A DNA stretch of 64,000 nt. Origin: a bacterium. Its GTDB lineage: Bacteria; Patescibacteriota; Minisyncoccia; Phycocordibacterales; GWA1-40-21. The stretch is taken from contig JBAXQJ010000002.1 in NCBI GenBank assembly GCA_037131755.1, positions 8,851-72,850 of the forward strand. The letters run 5' to 3'. A program made the position numbers and the translations under genes. The notes beneath the pieces are model-generated. The model saw nothing but the letters and a program-made list of their open reading frames with translations, was not told the DNA's origin and ran no database searches. The stretch's first letter is position 1. Every line of letters begins with the position of its first letter. Below are positions 30,877 through 40,057 of this stretch, in pieces.

Positions 30877-32232
30877 TTATAAGTACTTTTTAATCGCCGG
30901 AATGACTTTGTCGTATTTTATAAAAACAAGAAAGATTGGCCCGATCGAGTAAGATATCAGGGTGGCGTAAGCTGAACCGACAATTCCATATATCGGTATC
31001 CACCAAAGGTTCAAGATCACATTGATAATCATGGGAATTAGATTGAAGATGAAGAGCGTTGCCCTTTTGTTTTCGGCTATCAGATAATTGGTCGCCAAGT
31101 TGCTCAAGAAGGTGCCGACATTTGACCAGATATATATCTGAAGAATAATCGCACTTCCCGCAAAAGCGGCGCCGTAGATTATCTTTATGATGAAAGGGGC
31201 CAAGAAGGTAACTGGCAAGGCGATGATTATCGAAACGAAGAGAAGCAGGAGGGCGAGCTTGATTAGCCTCCCTCGGTAAACCTCGGTGGATGTCATCTTG
31301 GCATTTACTATCGCTGGGAAAAATGAAGCGACGACAATGTTGGGAATAAAGTACCAGACTTCGGTCAAGCGGACAGCCGAATCATAGATACCGACAGCGT
31401 GCGCGTCTATCATGTGTTTTATAAAGACTTGATCAATCCGGGCATAGACCATGGCAAAGACGCCGGTAAATATGAGCGGCCAGGAATCTTTCAGCAAACT
31501 GATCGTGACGTCTTTGTTGAATCGCCAGTGAATGACTTTGCGTCCAATTTCCGCTTCATAGATGATCCAGTAGGCGATGGCGTACAATATCGATTCAAGC
31601 AACAAAATGACCGCAAGATAAATGACTCCTTTTCCCAGATAGATGACTAAGATTTTGAGAATGTTCAATACCAGGGCGATAACAACTGATATGATGGAGG
31701 GATATTTTGAGAGAACGCGGGATTGGAACTCGTAGCTGATGACTTGAAACGAGTTGAAGATGAACGTCGCGGAAAGGATGAAGATAAGTATAAGTGAGAC
31801 GTCATCGGCTACAAAAAATAACGCAGATATGGTAATGACGATTGCGGTCAAGATGCCGGTAACCATTTTAATTGCAAAAGCCGATCCCAAAAATTCGTTT
31901 TTCTTTTCCGGGTATTTGATCAGATCACGGTAGAGGACATTGTCTATCCCGAGTGAGTAGAGAAAGGAGAGCAGGCCGACAAAGCTGATCGCATAGCTGA
32001 GCTGGCCATAGTTGCCAGGGCCAAGTTGGCGGGCCACAATTGCCGTCGTGGCAAAAGAAATCAACAAGCTGATTATTTTGGTCGAGAAAAGCCAGCCGGT
32101 ATTTTTAAAGTATTTTTGAAAACCTTTATCGGCCCATTTTGACTTGAGGTAGGCCAGGAGAGCCTGACGATCCTTCAAAATGCCAAAAAAGGAATTGTTT
32201 TGAGTGGCAATGTCAGCGGTTTCGTTCTCCAT
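30877..32232 (-). CDS. Wzx-type polysaccharide flippase
   Basis: multiple TM helices, ARQLGPGNYG, RIDQVFI, VGIYDSA, YGIVGSAYAT. Confidence 0.92.
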   Translation of the reverse strand: MENETADIATQNNSFFGILKDRQALLAYLKSKWADKGFQKYFKNTGWLFSTKIISLLISFATTAIVARQLGPGNYGQLSYAISFVGLLSFLYSLGIDNVLYRDLIKYPEKKNEFLGSAFAIKMVTGILTAIVITISALFFVADDVSLILIFILSATFIFNSFQVISYEFQSRVLSKYPSIISVVIALVLNILKILVIYLGKGVIYLAVILLLESILYAIAYWIIYEAEIGRKVIHWRFNKDVTISLLKDSWPLIFTGVFAMVYARIDQVFIKHMIDAHAVGIYDSAVRLTEVWYFIPNIVVASFFPAIVNAKMTSTEVYRGRLIKLALLLLFVSIIIALPVTFLAPFIIKIIYGAAFAGSAIILQIYIWSNVGTFLSNLATNYLIAENKRATLFIFNLIPMIINVILNLWWIPIYGIVGSAYATLISYSIGPIFLVFIKYDKVIPAIKKYL

Positions 32233-32319
32233 GATGGAGAGAATAATAGCACTTTTTGGGGTAAGTTTCTATATATTGAATAATAAAATTTATGGTATAC
32301 TGCGGGAATTAATAATTTA

Positions 32320-32353
32320 AGATACTGGATTCCCGCCTGCGCGGGAATGACAG
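32320..32353 (-). repeat. REP-like palindrome, copy 2 (inverted relative to copy 1)
   Basis: reverse complement CTGTCATTCCCGCGCAGGCGGGAATCCAGTATCT. Confidence 0.8.
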
Positions 32354-32363
32354 ACGAAATTAC

Positions 32364-34538
32364 ATGAAAGACATATTGAAATATAGCATTTGGGCGGGAT
32401 TAGGAGCGATACTGGTAGTGCCGTTTATCGTAGCAGATGGGATGTTTTTCCCTTATATTACGGGCAAAAACTTCACTTTCCGGATAATCGTGGAGATCAT
32501 CCTTGGCTTATGGCTGATACTTATTATCAAAAACAAGGAGTTTCGGCCTAAGTGGTCCTGGCTTCTTGGCTGTGCCGGATTGTTTGCTGGCGTGATGCTG
32601 GTTGCGGATATCAATGCCGTCGCCCCGTTCAAGGCTTTTTGGAGCAATTATGAAAGAATGGAAGGCTGGGTGACAGTCGGACATCTCGTCGCTTACCTTT
32701 TGGTATTTTCGTCGATGCTCAATACGGAAAAGATGTGGCGCTGGTTTTTCCGGGTGTCAGTCGCTATGAGTTCAATTATGGCGGTTATGGCTTTGCAGGA
32801 AATCATCACCAAAGGCATTGACCGCGTGGCGGGGCCTCTCGGTAATCCGATTTATATCTCTATTTATTTCCTTTTTAATTTCTTTTTCATATTAATTCTT
32901 TTATATAAAGATGTCCTGGAAAAGCGGACAGACAGCTGGAGCGGTTTTAAAGGTATTTGGACCAGCGTGCTGTTCTATGTCTACTCGATCGTCGGACTGC
33001 TGTCGGTGTATTTGGTATACAAGACATCCCGCGGTGTGATGCTCGGTCTCATTGGCGGTTTGTTCTTTGCCATGGTAGTGCTCGCCATTTCTGAAAAGAA
33101 AAAAGTCGTCTTAAGGCAGATTTCTATCGGCGGAATTATCTTGATTGTCGTGCTGGTCGGCGCTTTCATCTCCATCCGCAATACAAGCTTCGTAAAAAAC
33201 AACTCGACCTTGGCCCGTTTTGCCGAAATTTCCTGGAGCAATATCAATGGCCAAGCCCGACAGCTGGTCTGGCCAATGGCAATCAAAGGCATCAAGGAAA
33301 AGCCGATCTTGGGCTGGGGACAGGACGGTTTTAACTATGTGTTCAATAAATATTACGATCCGAAAATGTATGCTCAGGAGCAATGGTTCGACCGGGCTCA
33401 CAATACCTCGCTCGATTACTTGGTAGCGGGCGGAATTCTCGGGTTCTTGGCCTACATTTCTTTATTTGGCGCCGCCCTGTATTTGCTGTGGTTCAGGAGG
33501 AATAGTTTGCAGTTGTCGGAAAAGGCTTTGGTGACCGGTCTGTTTGCCGGCTATTATTTCCAGAGCATGTTTGTGTTCGACAACCTGGTTAGCTACATCC
33601 TGTTTTTTGCCACGTTGGCTTACGTCCATTCTCGTACGGTAAATGAAAACGAAGAAGTACCGGTTCTCAAAAATGCTCCGGATAAAAAGGTCTCGAATAA
33701 AATTCAAAATCAGCAGGAAGGCTTCTGGGCCGGTTTCCTAGGCAATGAGGAATATCAGAATTATATCTTCATCCCCGCTATCATGATTTTGACGGCAGTC
33801 GGCGTGTACTGGGTAAATATTCCCGGCATCATGGCCAACAAGACTTTAATTGCTGCTATCAGCGAACAAAAAGACGCCAAGTCGGCCCTGGCCAATTTCA
33901 AACTGGCTTTGTCCTATCATTCGATGGCTGACTCAGAAATTCGCGAACAACTGGCTGCTTATACTCCAAGAGTCTTGGCTGCCGCTGGCGTAGACAACGC
34001 GACAAAGAAAGAATTTGCCGAATTTACTTTTGATCAATTGAAACAGCAGATTGAAAGGACCCCCTTTGATGCCCGCTATCAATTCTTTACGGGCGCTTTC
34101 TTGAATAACATTGGCAACCCGCAATTAGCCCTTCCTTATCTGGAGAAAGCGGTTGAAGAATCGCCAAACAAGCAGACGATGAGGTTTGAGCTGATCAGCA
34201 ACTTATTGACGCTTAATAAAAAGACCGAAGCGTTAGAACAAGCAAAGTTCACCTACGATCTAGAACCGGCTTATCAAGACGCCAGGATGATGTATGCTGC
34301 GGTCGCGATCATCAATCACCAGGAAAATATTTCTGATAGCTTGTTGGCCGGAGCAACAACGACAGATAATAAGATCAACCGAGCTTATCTTATTGTCGCT
34401 TCGGAATCTTATCTGGTGGGGGACAAGGCCAAAGCCGTTTCTTATATAAATAAGAGCATTAAAATAAATCCTGATTATAAGGCCGATGGTGAAAAGATTA
34501 TCCAGGGCATCTGGGCGGGGACAGTGAAGTTTGAGTAA
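32364..34538 (+). CDS. O-antigen ligase/O-oligosaccharyltransferase-like (Wzy_C) membrane protein with C-terminal TPR-like region
   Basis: LGNP, TSRG, ARQLVW, PILGWG, DRAHN motifs; many TM helices; helical C-terminus. Confidence 0.85.
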   Translation: MKDILKYSIWAGLGAILVVPFIVADGMFFPYITGKNFTFRIIVEIILGLWLILIIKNKEFRPKWSWLLGCAGLFAGVMLVADINAVAPFKAFWSNYERMEGWVTVGHLVAYLLVFSSMLNTEKMWRWFFRVSVAMSSIMAVMALQEIITKGIDRVAGPLGNPIYISIYFLFNFFFILILLYKDVLEKRTDSWSGFKGIWTSVLFYVYSIVGLLSVYLVYKTSRGVMLGLIGGLFFAMVVLAISEKKKVVLRQISIGGIILIVVLVGAFISIRNTSFVKNNSTLARFAEISWSNINGQARQLVWPMAIKGIKEKPILGWGQDGFNYVFNKYYDPKMYAQEQWFDRAHNTSLDYLVAGGILGFLAYISLFGAALYLLWFRRNSLQLSEKALVTGLFAGYYFQSMFVFDNLVSYILFFATLAYVHSRTVNENEEVPVLKNAPDKKVSNKIQNQQEGFWAGFLGNEEYQNYIFIPAIMILTAVGVYWVNIPGIMANKTLIAAISEQKDAKSALANFKLALSYHSMADSEIREQLAAYTPRVLAAAGVDNATKKEFAEFTFDQLKQQIERTPFDARYQFFTGAFLNNIGNPQLALPYLEKAVEESPNKQTMRFELISNLLTLNKKTEALEQAKFTYDLEPAYQDARMMYAAVAIINHQENISDSLLAGATTTDNKINRAYLIVASESYLVGDKAKAVSYINKSIKINPDYKADGEKIIQGIWAGTVKFE

Positions 34539-34550
34539 GGGCGAGCGGTG

Positions 34551-34599
34551 TTTAATTTTCTAAGCTGACTTCACTAACACGTAAAACCAAAGGGCTCGC
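34551..34599 (+). repeat. 49 bp dispersed repeat, copy A
   Basis: 45/49 identical to 61965-62013. Confidence 0.8.
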
Positions 34600-34624
34600 T
34601 TTATTTTAAAAAATAGTTTGGAAT

Positions 34625-34701
34625 ATCCAGATACGCAAAGGCCCACCGAAGTGGGACTTTACGCAGACATTCGTTCGAGCTAGTCATTGCTAGCACTCAC
34701 C
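34625..34701 (-). ncRNA. candidate small RNA
   Basis: promoter TTGCAT(34734)-16-TGcTATACT; CTAG-CAATGA-CTAG stem; long stem capped by cUUCGg. Confidence 0.45.
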
Positions 34702-34771
34702 CCAATAGTATAGCATATTATTCGGGAAATGCAAGTCTATTGTTTGGGGTCGAAAAATACTATTATATACA

Positions 34772-34918
34772 GGTGCGATTGTTTTCGGTCACAGCCGGCG
34801 GTTGCACTCATATAAGACATTAGTTTTGGAGTTAGCCCCCGCCGGCGTTGATTGGAAATAATCAAGGTACGGAGTAGGCATAAAATAGCCATTTGCTCTA
34901 GTAGCTGATGGCTATTTT
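34772..34918 (+). ncRNA. candidate rod-shaped small RNA
   Basis: long G-U-rich hairpin at 34777-34863 followed by terminator-like stem at 34882-34918. Confidence 0.4.
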
Positions 34919-34932
34919 GTTATAATAGGATA

Positions 34933-35958
34933 ATGCTTGAGATTCAGGAGAACGTAAAATTAAATAATTATACAACCTTTAGAGTTGGTGGCAGTGCCAG
35001 GTATTTTATTGTTGTAAAAAACACAGCTGATTTGGAGAAAGTCGCTGATTTTGTGCGAGAGAGGTGTGTGCCATTTTTCATCTTGGGTGGCGGGGCTAAT
35101 CTCTTGGTCAATGATGGGGGATATGCCGGTTTGGTAATAAAAAATGAAATAAAAGGAAAAGAAATAATAGAAGTCAGTGAAAATAAAGTTTTACTCAGGG
35201 TTGGGGCGGGGGAAGACTGGGACGAGACGGTCGAATTTGCGGTGGAAAACGGTTTTGGTGGTTTGGAAAATCTCTCTGGCATTCCCGGGACAGTTGGTGC
35301 TTCGCCGGTGCAAAATATCGGCGCTTATGGGGCGGAAGTAAAAGATTGTATCGTTTCCGTTGATGTATTCAATCTGGAAACTGGGCGTGGTGAAGTGTAT
35401 TACAATCAAGAATGCGAATTTGCCTATCGCTGGAGTATTTTTAAGAAAAGCGGAAATAAAAAATTTGTTATTACCGCCGTGACTTTTGATCTAAAAAAGG
35501 ATAACAAGGCGAATATTGTTTATAAAGATTTACAAAAATATTTTTCTGACAGAAAGATTGCAAAACCAAGTATAAAAGAAGTTCGAGAAGCTGTCCTGGT
35601 AATTAGGGGTGAAAAACTGCCCGATCTGAAAACATTTGGCTGCGGCGGTTCATTTTTTAAGAATCCCATCGTCGAAGAAAGTGTTTGTGTGGAATTGGTG
35701 GAAAAGTATCCCGGTCTGCCGGCTTATAATGAGATGGATGGTCGCAAGAAAATATCTTTGGCGTGGATTCTCGACAGAGTCTGCGGTTTGAAAGGATATC
35801 GCGAAGGCGCGGTTGGCTTGTATGAAAAACAGCCTCTTATCTTGGTAAATCACGGAGGAGCAAACGCCGGGCAAATCAAGGCTTTTGCCGAGAAAATAGC
35901 CCAAATTGTGAGGGAAAAGACGGGGGTTGAAGTGGAATGGGAGGTGGAGCTGGTTTGA
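34933..35958 (+). CDS. murB: UDP-N-acetylenolpyruvoylglucosamine reductase
   Basis: TTFRVGG, LGGGANLL, GIPGTVGASPVQNIGAYG, GSFFKNP, LVNHG. Confidence 0.96.
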   Translation: MLEIQENVKLNNYTTFRVGGSARYFIVVKNTADLEKVADFVRERCVPFFILGGGANLLVNDGGYAGLVIKNEIKGKEIIEVSENKVLLRVGAGEDWDETVEFAVENGFGGLENLSGIPGTVGASPVQNIGAYGAEVKDCIVSVDVFNLETGRGEVYYNQECEFAYRWSIFKKSGNKKFVITAVTFDLKKDNKANIVYKDLQKYFSDRKIAKPSIKEVREAVLVIRGEKLPDLKTFGCGGSFFKNPIVEESVCVELVEKYPGLPAYNEMDGRKKISLAWILDRVCGLKGYREGAVGLYEKQPLILVNHGGANAGQIKAFAEKIAQIVREKTGVEVEWEVELV

Positions 35959-36324
35959 AGGAGATAACGTGTTTTTATTTCCCGATCTTTCATTCCTGCG
36001 AAAGTTGAAATTTGGGTTGGGACCCAAATGAAAGACCTTGAACGTTTTGTAATCAAAAAGTGAAAGGTGTACAGTGCCTGTAAGGCAGGAATCTAGTATC
36101 AATAGATCCCATATAAAATTTAAAAGAGCGTCGAGTGAGATTATTTTTAGATTGTAGGTGAGACATTTTCTTTTTGGAGATTAGCGAGTCTGTTTTAAAT
36201 TTTTGTGTCCGCAAACAATTTTGCTTGGTTCAACTTTCTTAAGTTGAAAAATTGTTGAGGATTAGGAAAACTTTTCGCTGGAAAAAGTTTTCTGCACAAA
36301 AATTTAAAATCAGGCGAGCGGAGG

Positions 36325-36333
36325 TTATCCACA
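36325..36333 (+). promoter_or_regulatory. isolated perfect DnaA box
   Basis: TTATCCACA 18 bp upstream of a TTGTAT-16-TAAAAT promoter. Confidence 0.35.
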
Positions 36334-36499
36334 GTTTAGTTGCAAAAAACATTGTATTAATTTTTAAATGAGTTAAAATTAAACTAATTCAATGACAATT
36401 TTATTTTGGTCGATGGGGTCATTGATACTTATTAATTAAATTAATTTTAAGTGAGAGAGGAAAACTTGTTTTCACAATCATTTAAAAAATAAATCTATC

Positions 36500-36568
36500 A
36501 TGGCAAAGAAAGCAAAGAAGGCAGTTAAGAAGGGAAAGAAAGCTGCAAAGAAAGGAAAGAAGAAATAA
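36500..36568 (+). CDS. 22 aa Lys/Ala-rich basic micropeptide (not in ORF track)
   Basis: MAKKAKKAVKKGKKAAKKGKKK; A-rich start context, promoter at 36352-36379, terminator at 36575-36606. Confidence 0.75.
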   Translation: MAKKAKKAVKKGKKAAKKGKKK

Positions 36569-36663
36569 TCTTCGAAAAACATCCGCGAAAGCGGGTGTTT
36601 TTGTTTGAGGTTTAATCGTATCTAACTGATGCCAAAAGCGGGGTTTTATGATAAGATTTCGGG

Positions 36664-39189
36664 ATGTCATTTTTAAATAAGATATTTGGAGATAAACACG
36701 AACGCGCCGTCAGGCCATATTGGGCAAAAGTGGCGGAAATCAATGCTTTTGAGCCGGCAATCAAGGCTTTATCAGACGAGGCTTTAAAGTCTAAAACGGC
36801 AGAATTCAGGGAGAAACTTTCTTCTGGCGCCACTCTGGAAGAAATATTACCGGAGGCTTTTGCGGTCGTTCGCGAGGCCTCTTATCGTACTTTGGGCGAG
36901 AGGCATTATGATGTCCAGCTGATCGGTGGAATGATCTTGAATGGGGGAAACATTGCCGAGATGCGTACTGGTGAAGGAAAAACTTTGGTGGCAACCCTGC
37001 CGGCATATCTGAATGCTCTCACCGGCAAGGGGGTGCATGTCGTGACCGTCAACGATTATTTGTCCCGACGTGACGCCGTGTGGATGGGACAGATTTATGA
37101 TTTTCTCGGTCTAACGGTGGGAATCATCAATCACGAAGCCTCATTTTTGTATGATTCGAAACATACGGAAAAAATAATTAACGGCGACAATGTCGATGTT
37201 TTGGATAAGACTCGAGACGAGCTCGGTTCATTTAAAGTCGTTCATGAATTTTTGCGACCTTGCACCAGGCGCGAGGCTTATGACGCTGATATTACTTACG
37301 GAACAAATAACGAATACGGTTTTGATTATTTGCGGGACAATATTGAGTATAGCACCAATGATCTGCGCCAGCGCGAATATAATTTTGCGATTGTCGATGA
37401 GGTAGACTCGATTTTGATTGATGAAGCGCGAACCCCGCTTATAATTTCCGCGCCGACCGTTGAGTCGGAGGATTTGTACGTGAAATTTGCCCAATTGGTA
37501 ACCGGTTTTAAGAAAGACGAGGATTATAAGGTGGATGAAAAACTGAAGGCGATCCAATTGACCGATGCGGGCATCAACAAGGCCGAAAAAGCTTTGGGTG
37601 TGGAAAATATCTATACGGATGCGGGAATGAAAATGGTTCATCATTTGGAAACGGCTGTCCGGGCCAAAGCCTTGTTTGAAAAGGATACTCATTATGTGAT
37701 CAAAGAGGGCGAGATTATGATCGTTGATGAATTTACCGGCCGCCTTCAGCCGGGCCGACGCTGGTCCGAGGGCTTGCATCAGGCGATCGAGGCCAAGGAG
37801 GGGGTGAAAATACAAAAAGAATCCCGAACTTTTGCGTCCATCACTTTCCAAAACTATTTCCGTTTGTATAAAAAACTGGCCGGTATGACCGGTACCGCTC
37901 TTACTTCTTCCGAGGAGTTTTACAAAGTCTATCATATGGATACTTTGATCGTGCCGACCAACAGAAAAATCCAAAGAACGGATTTGAATGATCTTATCTT
38001 TCAGACCGAGCACGGGAAATTCATTGCGGTAGCGAAGACAATCAAAGAGTTGAACAAGAAAGGCCAGCCGGTCCTGATCGGTACGGTCTCAATCGAAAAA
38101 AATGAAATCCTTTCGATGTACCTGACTCGTGAAGGCGTGTCTCACAAAGTCTTGAATGCGAAAAATCACGAGAGAGAAGGTGAGATTATTGCCGAGGGTG
38201 GTGAAAAGGGGGCGGTGACGGTCGCGACCAACATGGCTGGCCGAGGGGTGGATATCAAGCTTGGCGGTGTGCCTTTCAATAAAGAAAAATATGAGGAAGT
38301 GAAGGCGCTTGGCGGTCTGTACGTGATCGGAACGGAACGACATGAGGCGCGACGAATCGATAATCAGTTGCGCGGGCGGGCCGGCCGACAGGGTGATCCA
38401 GGTACGACGCAGTTCTATGTGTCGCTCGAAGATTCCCTGATGAGGATCTTTGCGTCCGATACGATCAAAAAAATGATGGGACGATTTGGTATGGCTGAAG
38501 ACGAGCCGATCGAGAATTATTTGATCACCAAATCGCTTGAAAGCGCTCAGACCAAGATTGAAGGCTTCAATTTTGATTCGCGAAAGCATGTCTTGGAGTA
38601 CGATGATGTTTTGAACTATCAAAGAAAGATCGTCTATGAGCGACGACGAGCCGTGCTCTTGGGTGACAAGGAAATGATCAAGGCAAAATTAGAGGAGGTG
38701 GTTGCCGGTGACGAAGCAATGAACAAAATAATCGCAGACAAGATCGCCCAGCTAGGCGAAGATGAATTCTATCGGATTGCTAAAATCGTGCTCCTGCAGG
38801 CTATCGATATGTTTTGGGTGGATCATTTGGAAATCATGGATTATACCCGATCTAGCGTGAATCTGCGCGCTTATGGCCAGCGCGATCCCTTGGTGGAATA
38901 CAAGAAGGAGGGTCTGCGTCTGTTCAAGGAAATGCAGGCAGCAATCGATGAACAGGTTTTGAAAATCATACCAAACGTTGGCGGCGGGGCTTTTGTGAGG
39001 GAAGAACAGCAATTAAAAGACACCCAGAAAAATATGAAATTGGCTGGTGGCGGGGTTGAGACTGAAGAAGGGGAAAAGGTTGTAACTACTGGCGAAAAAG
39101 AAAAGATTGGGAGAAATGACCCTTGTCCGTGCGGAGCAAAGAAAGCCGATGGAACGCCGGTAAAATATAAACATTGTCACGGTAAATAA
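36664..39189 (+). CDS. secA: preprotein translocase ATPase SecA
   Basis: MRTGEGKT, VDEVD, ATNMAGRG, QLRGRAGRQGDPG, GRNDPCPCG. Confidence 0.98.
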   Translation: MSFLNKIFGDKHERAVRPYWAKVAEINAFEPAIKALSDEALKSKTAEFREKLSSGATLEEILPEAFAVVREASYRTLGERHYDVQLIGGMILNGGNIAEMRTGEGKTLVATLPAYLNALTGKGVHVVTVNDYLSRRDAVWMGQIYDFLGLTVGIINHEASFLYDSKHTEKIINGDNVDVLDKTRDELGSFKVVHEFLRPCTRREAYDADITYGTNNEYGFDYLRDNIEYSTNDLRQREYNFAIVDEVDSILIDEARTPLIISAPTVESEDLYVKFAQLVTGFKKDEDYKVDEKLKAIQLTDAGINKAEKALGVENIYTDAGMKMVHHLETAVRAKALFEKDTHYVIKEGEIMIVDEFTGRLQPGRRWSEGLHQAIEAKEGVKIQKESRTFASITFQNYFRLYKKLAGMTGTALTSSEEFYKVYHMDTLIVPTNRKIQRTDLNDLIFQTEHGKFIAVAKTIKELNKKGQPVLIGTVSIEKNEILSMYLTREGVSHKVLNAKNHEREGEIIAEGGEKGAVTVATNMAGRGVDIKLGGVPFNKEKYEEVKALGGLYVIGTERHEARRIDNQLRGRAGRQGDPGTTQFYVSLEDSLMRIFASDTIKKMMGRFGMAEDEPIENYLITKSLESAQTKIEGFNFDSRKHVLEYDDVLNYQRKIVYERRRAVLLGDKEMIKAKLEEVVAGDEAMNKIIADKIAQLGEDEFYRIAKIVLLQAIDMFWVDHLEIMDYTRSSVNLRAYGQRDPLVEYKKEGLRLFKEMQAAIDEQVLKIIPNVGGGAFVREEQQLKDTQKNMKLAGGGVETEEGEKVVTTGEKEKIGRNDPCPCGAKKADGTPVKYKHCHGK

Positions 39190-39332
39190 GTGAGCAAAAA
39201 CAGTTTCTTTTTAAGAAACTGTTTTTGCTGTCTGTCGAGTGGATAACTTTGTTGACCGGATGTTTATTAGTAATAAAATTAAAGGCAGGGTTTTGAACTT
39301 TCTATTTCAAATATTTTTAAGGGAGGTCTCTA

Positions 39333-39797
39333 TTGAATGTAAATTCTCGCGAGTCTGATGGATATGGCTTTGAGCAGGAAGTGTGTGGTTGCGCTTTTAT
39401 AAATGTTGATCCGAAACACAGGAGACAAAATGGGATTAAGTTTAAAAATGCGGTTAAGTATGTGATCGCTATTCAGCGCCGACTCGGATGTAATCCGTGT
39501 CGTCCGAAGACCAGGCTGGCTCAAGCAGTCTTCAATCGCATTCAGAGCCGTTTGCGTTTGGCGGGACACAAAGAGAAGCTTTGCTTTTTTGTTTGTGTCG
39601 GAACTTGCATGGATTGCTTGGGAGTTGATTGTTTTTTCAAATGCGGAAACAGGATTGTCACTATCGATCTGTATTCCGGAAGGAATAAGCGGAAAAGCGG
39701 AAATGTTCGGGCGGACATTGTGTTGAAACGTGCGGATTTCATACACGATAAGCACTATCAAATCGCCGACAGGATAGCTGAAATGCTATTGGCTTAG
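39333..39797 (+). CDS. Cys-rich basic hypothetical protein (SD-class ORFan)
   Basis: TTG start 5 nt after GGGAGGT; TTGACC-16-TAAAAT; terminator at 39805-39837. Confidence 0.7.
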   Translation: MNVNSRESDGYGFEQEVCGCAFINVDPKHRRQNGIKFKNAVKYVIAIQRRLGCNPCRPKTRLAQAVFNRIQSRLRLAGHKEKLCFFVCVGTCMDCLGVDCFFKCGNRIVTIDLYSGRNKRKSGNVRADIVLKRADFIHDKHYQIADRIAEMLLA

Positions 39798-39842
39798 GCG
39801 CTATGCCGGGTTTTCATCTGATGAAAACCCGGCTTTTATAAT

Positions 39843-40057
39843 AAAAAAGCAGCTCTATTCAAGCTGCTTTTAGGGAGTCCAGGTCTCTAGACTTTTGGTC
39901 TTTGTAGGCGTTCCGCCGACTCTCAGGTATTTTTCTGCTGAAAAATCCTGCGAGCCCGCCTCGCACCGCCGTGCTCCGGCCTTGCGGAAGCTCTAAGTAT
40001 TCGCTTCCTCACCTCGTTGTTCGGTTTTTTAGGCCTACACCTGGAGCCGCAAATTCA
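39843..40057 (-). ncRNA. candidate ~200 nt structured RNA containing a repeat-family core
   Basis: TTGACT-17-TACTAT promoter, closing stems TCCAGGT/ACCTGGA and GTAGGC/GCCTAC, terminator at 39843-39871, no ORF in track. Confidence 0.5.

Noticed and set aside
34772-34863. SRP (4.5S) RNA
   Set aside because: The conserved CAGG/GNRA/AGCA domain IV signature is missing
36325-39248. Replication origin
   Set aside because: There is only one perfect and one imperfect DnaA box, far apart, and no dnaA/dnaN nearby
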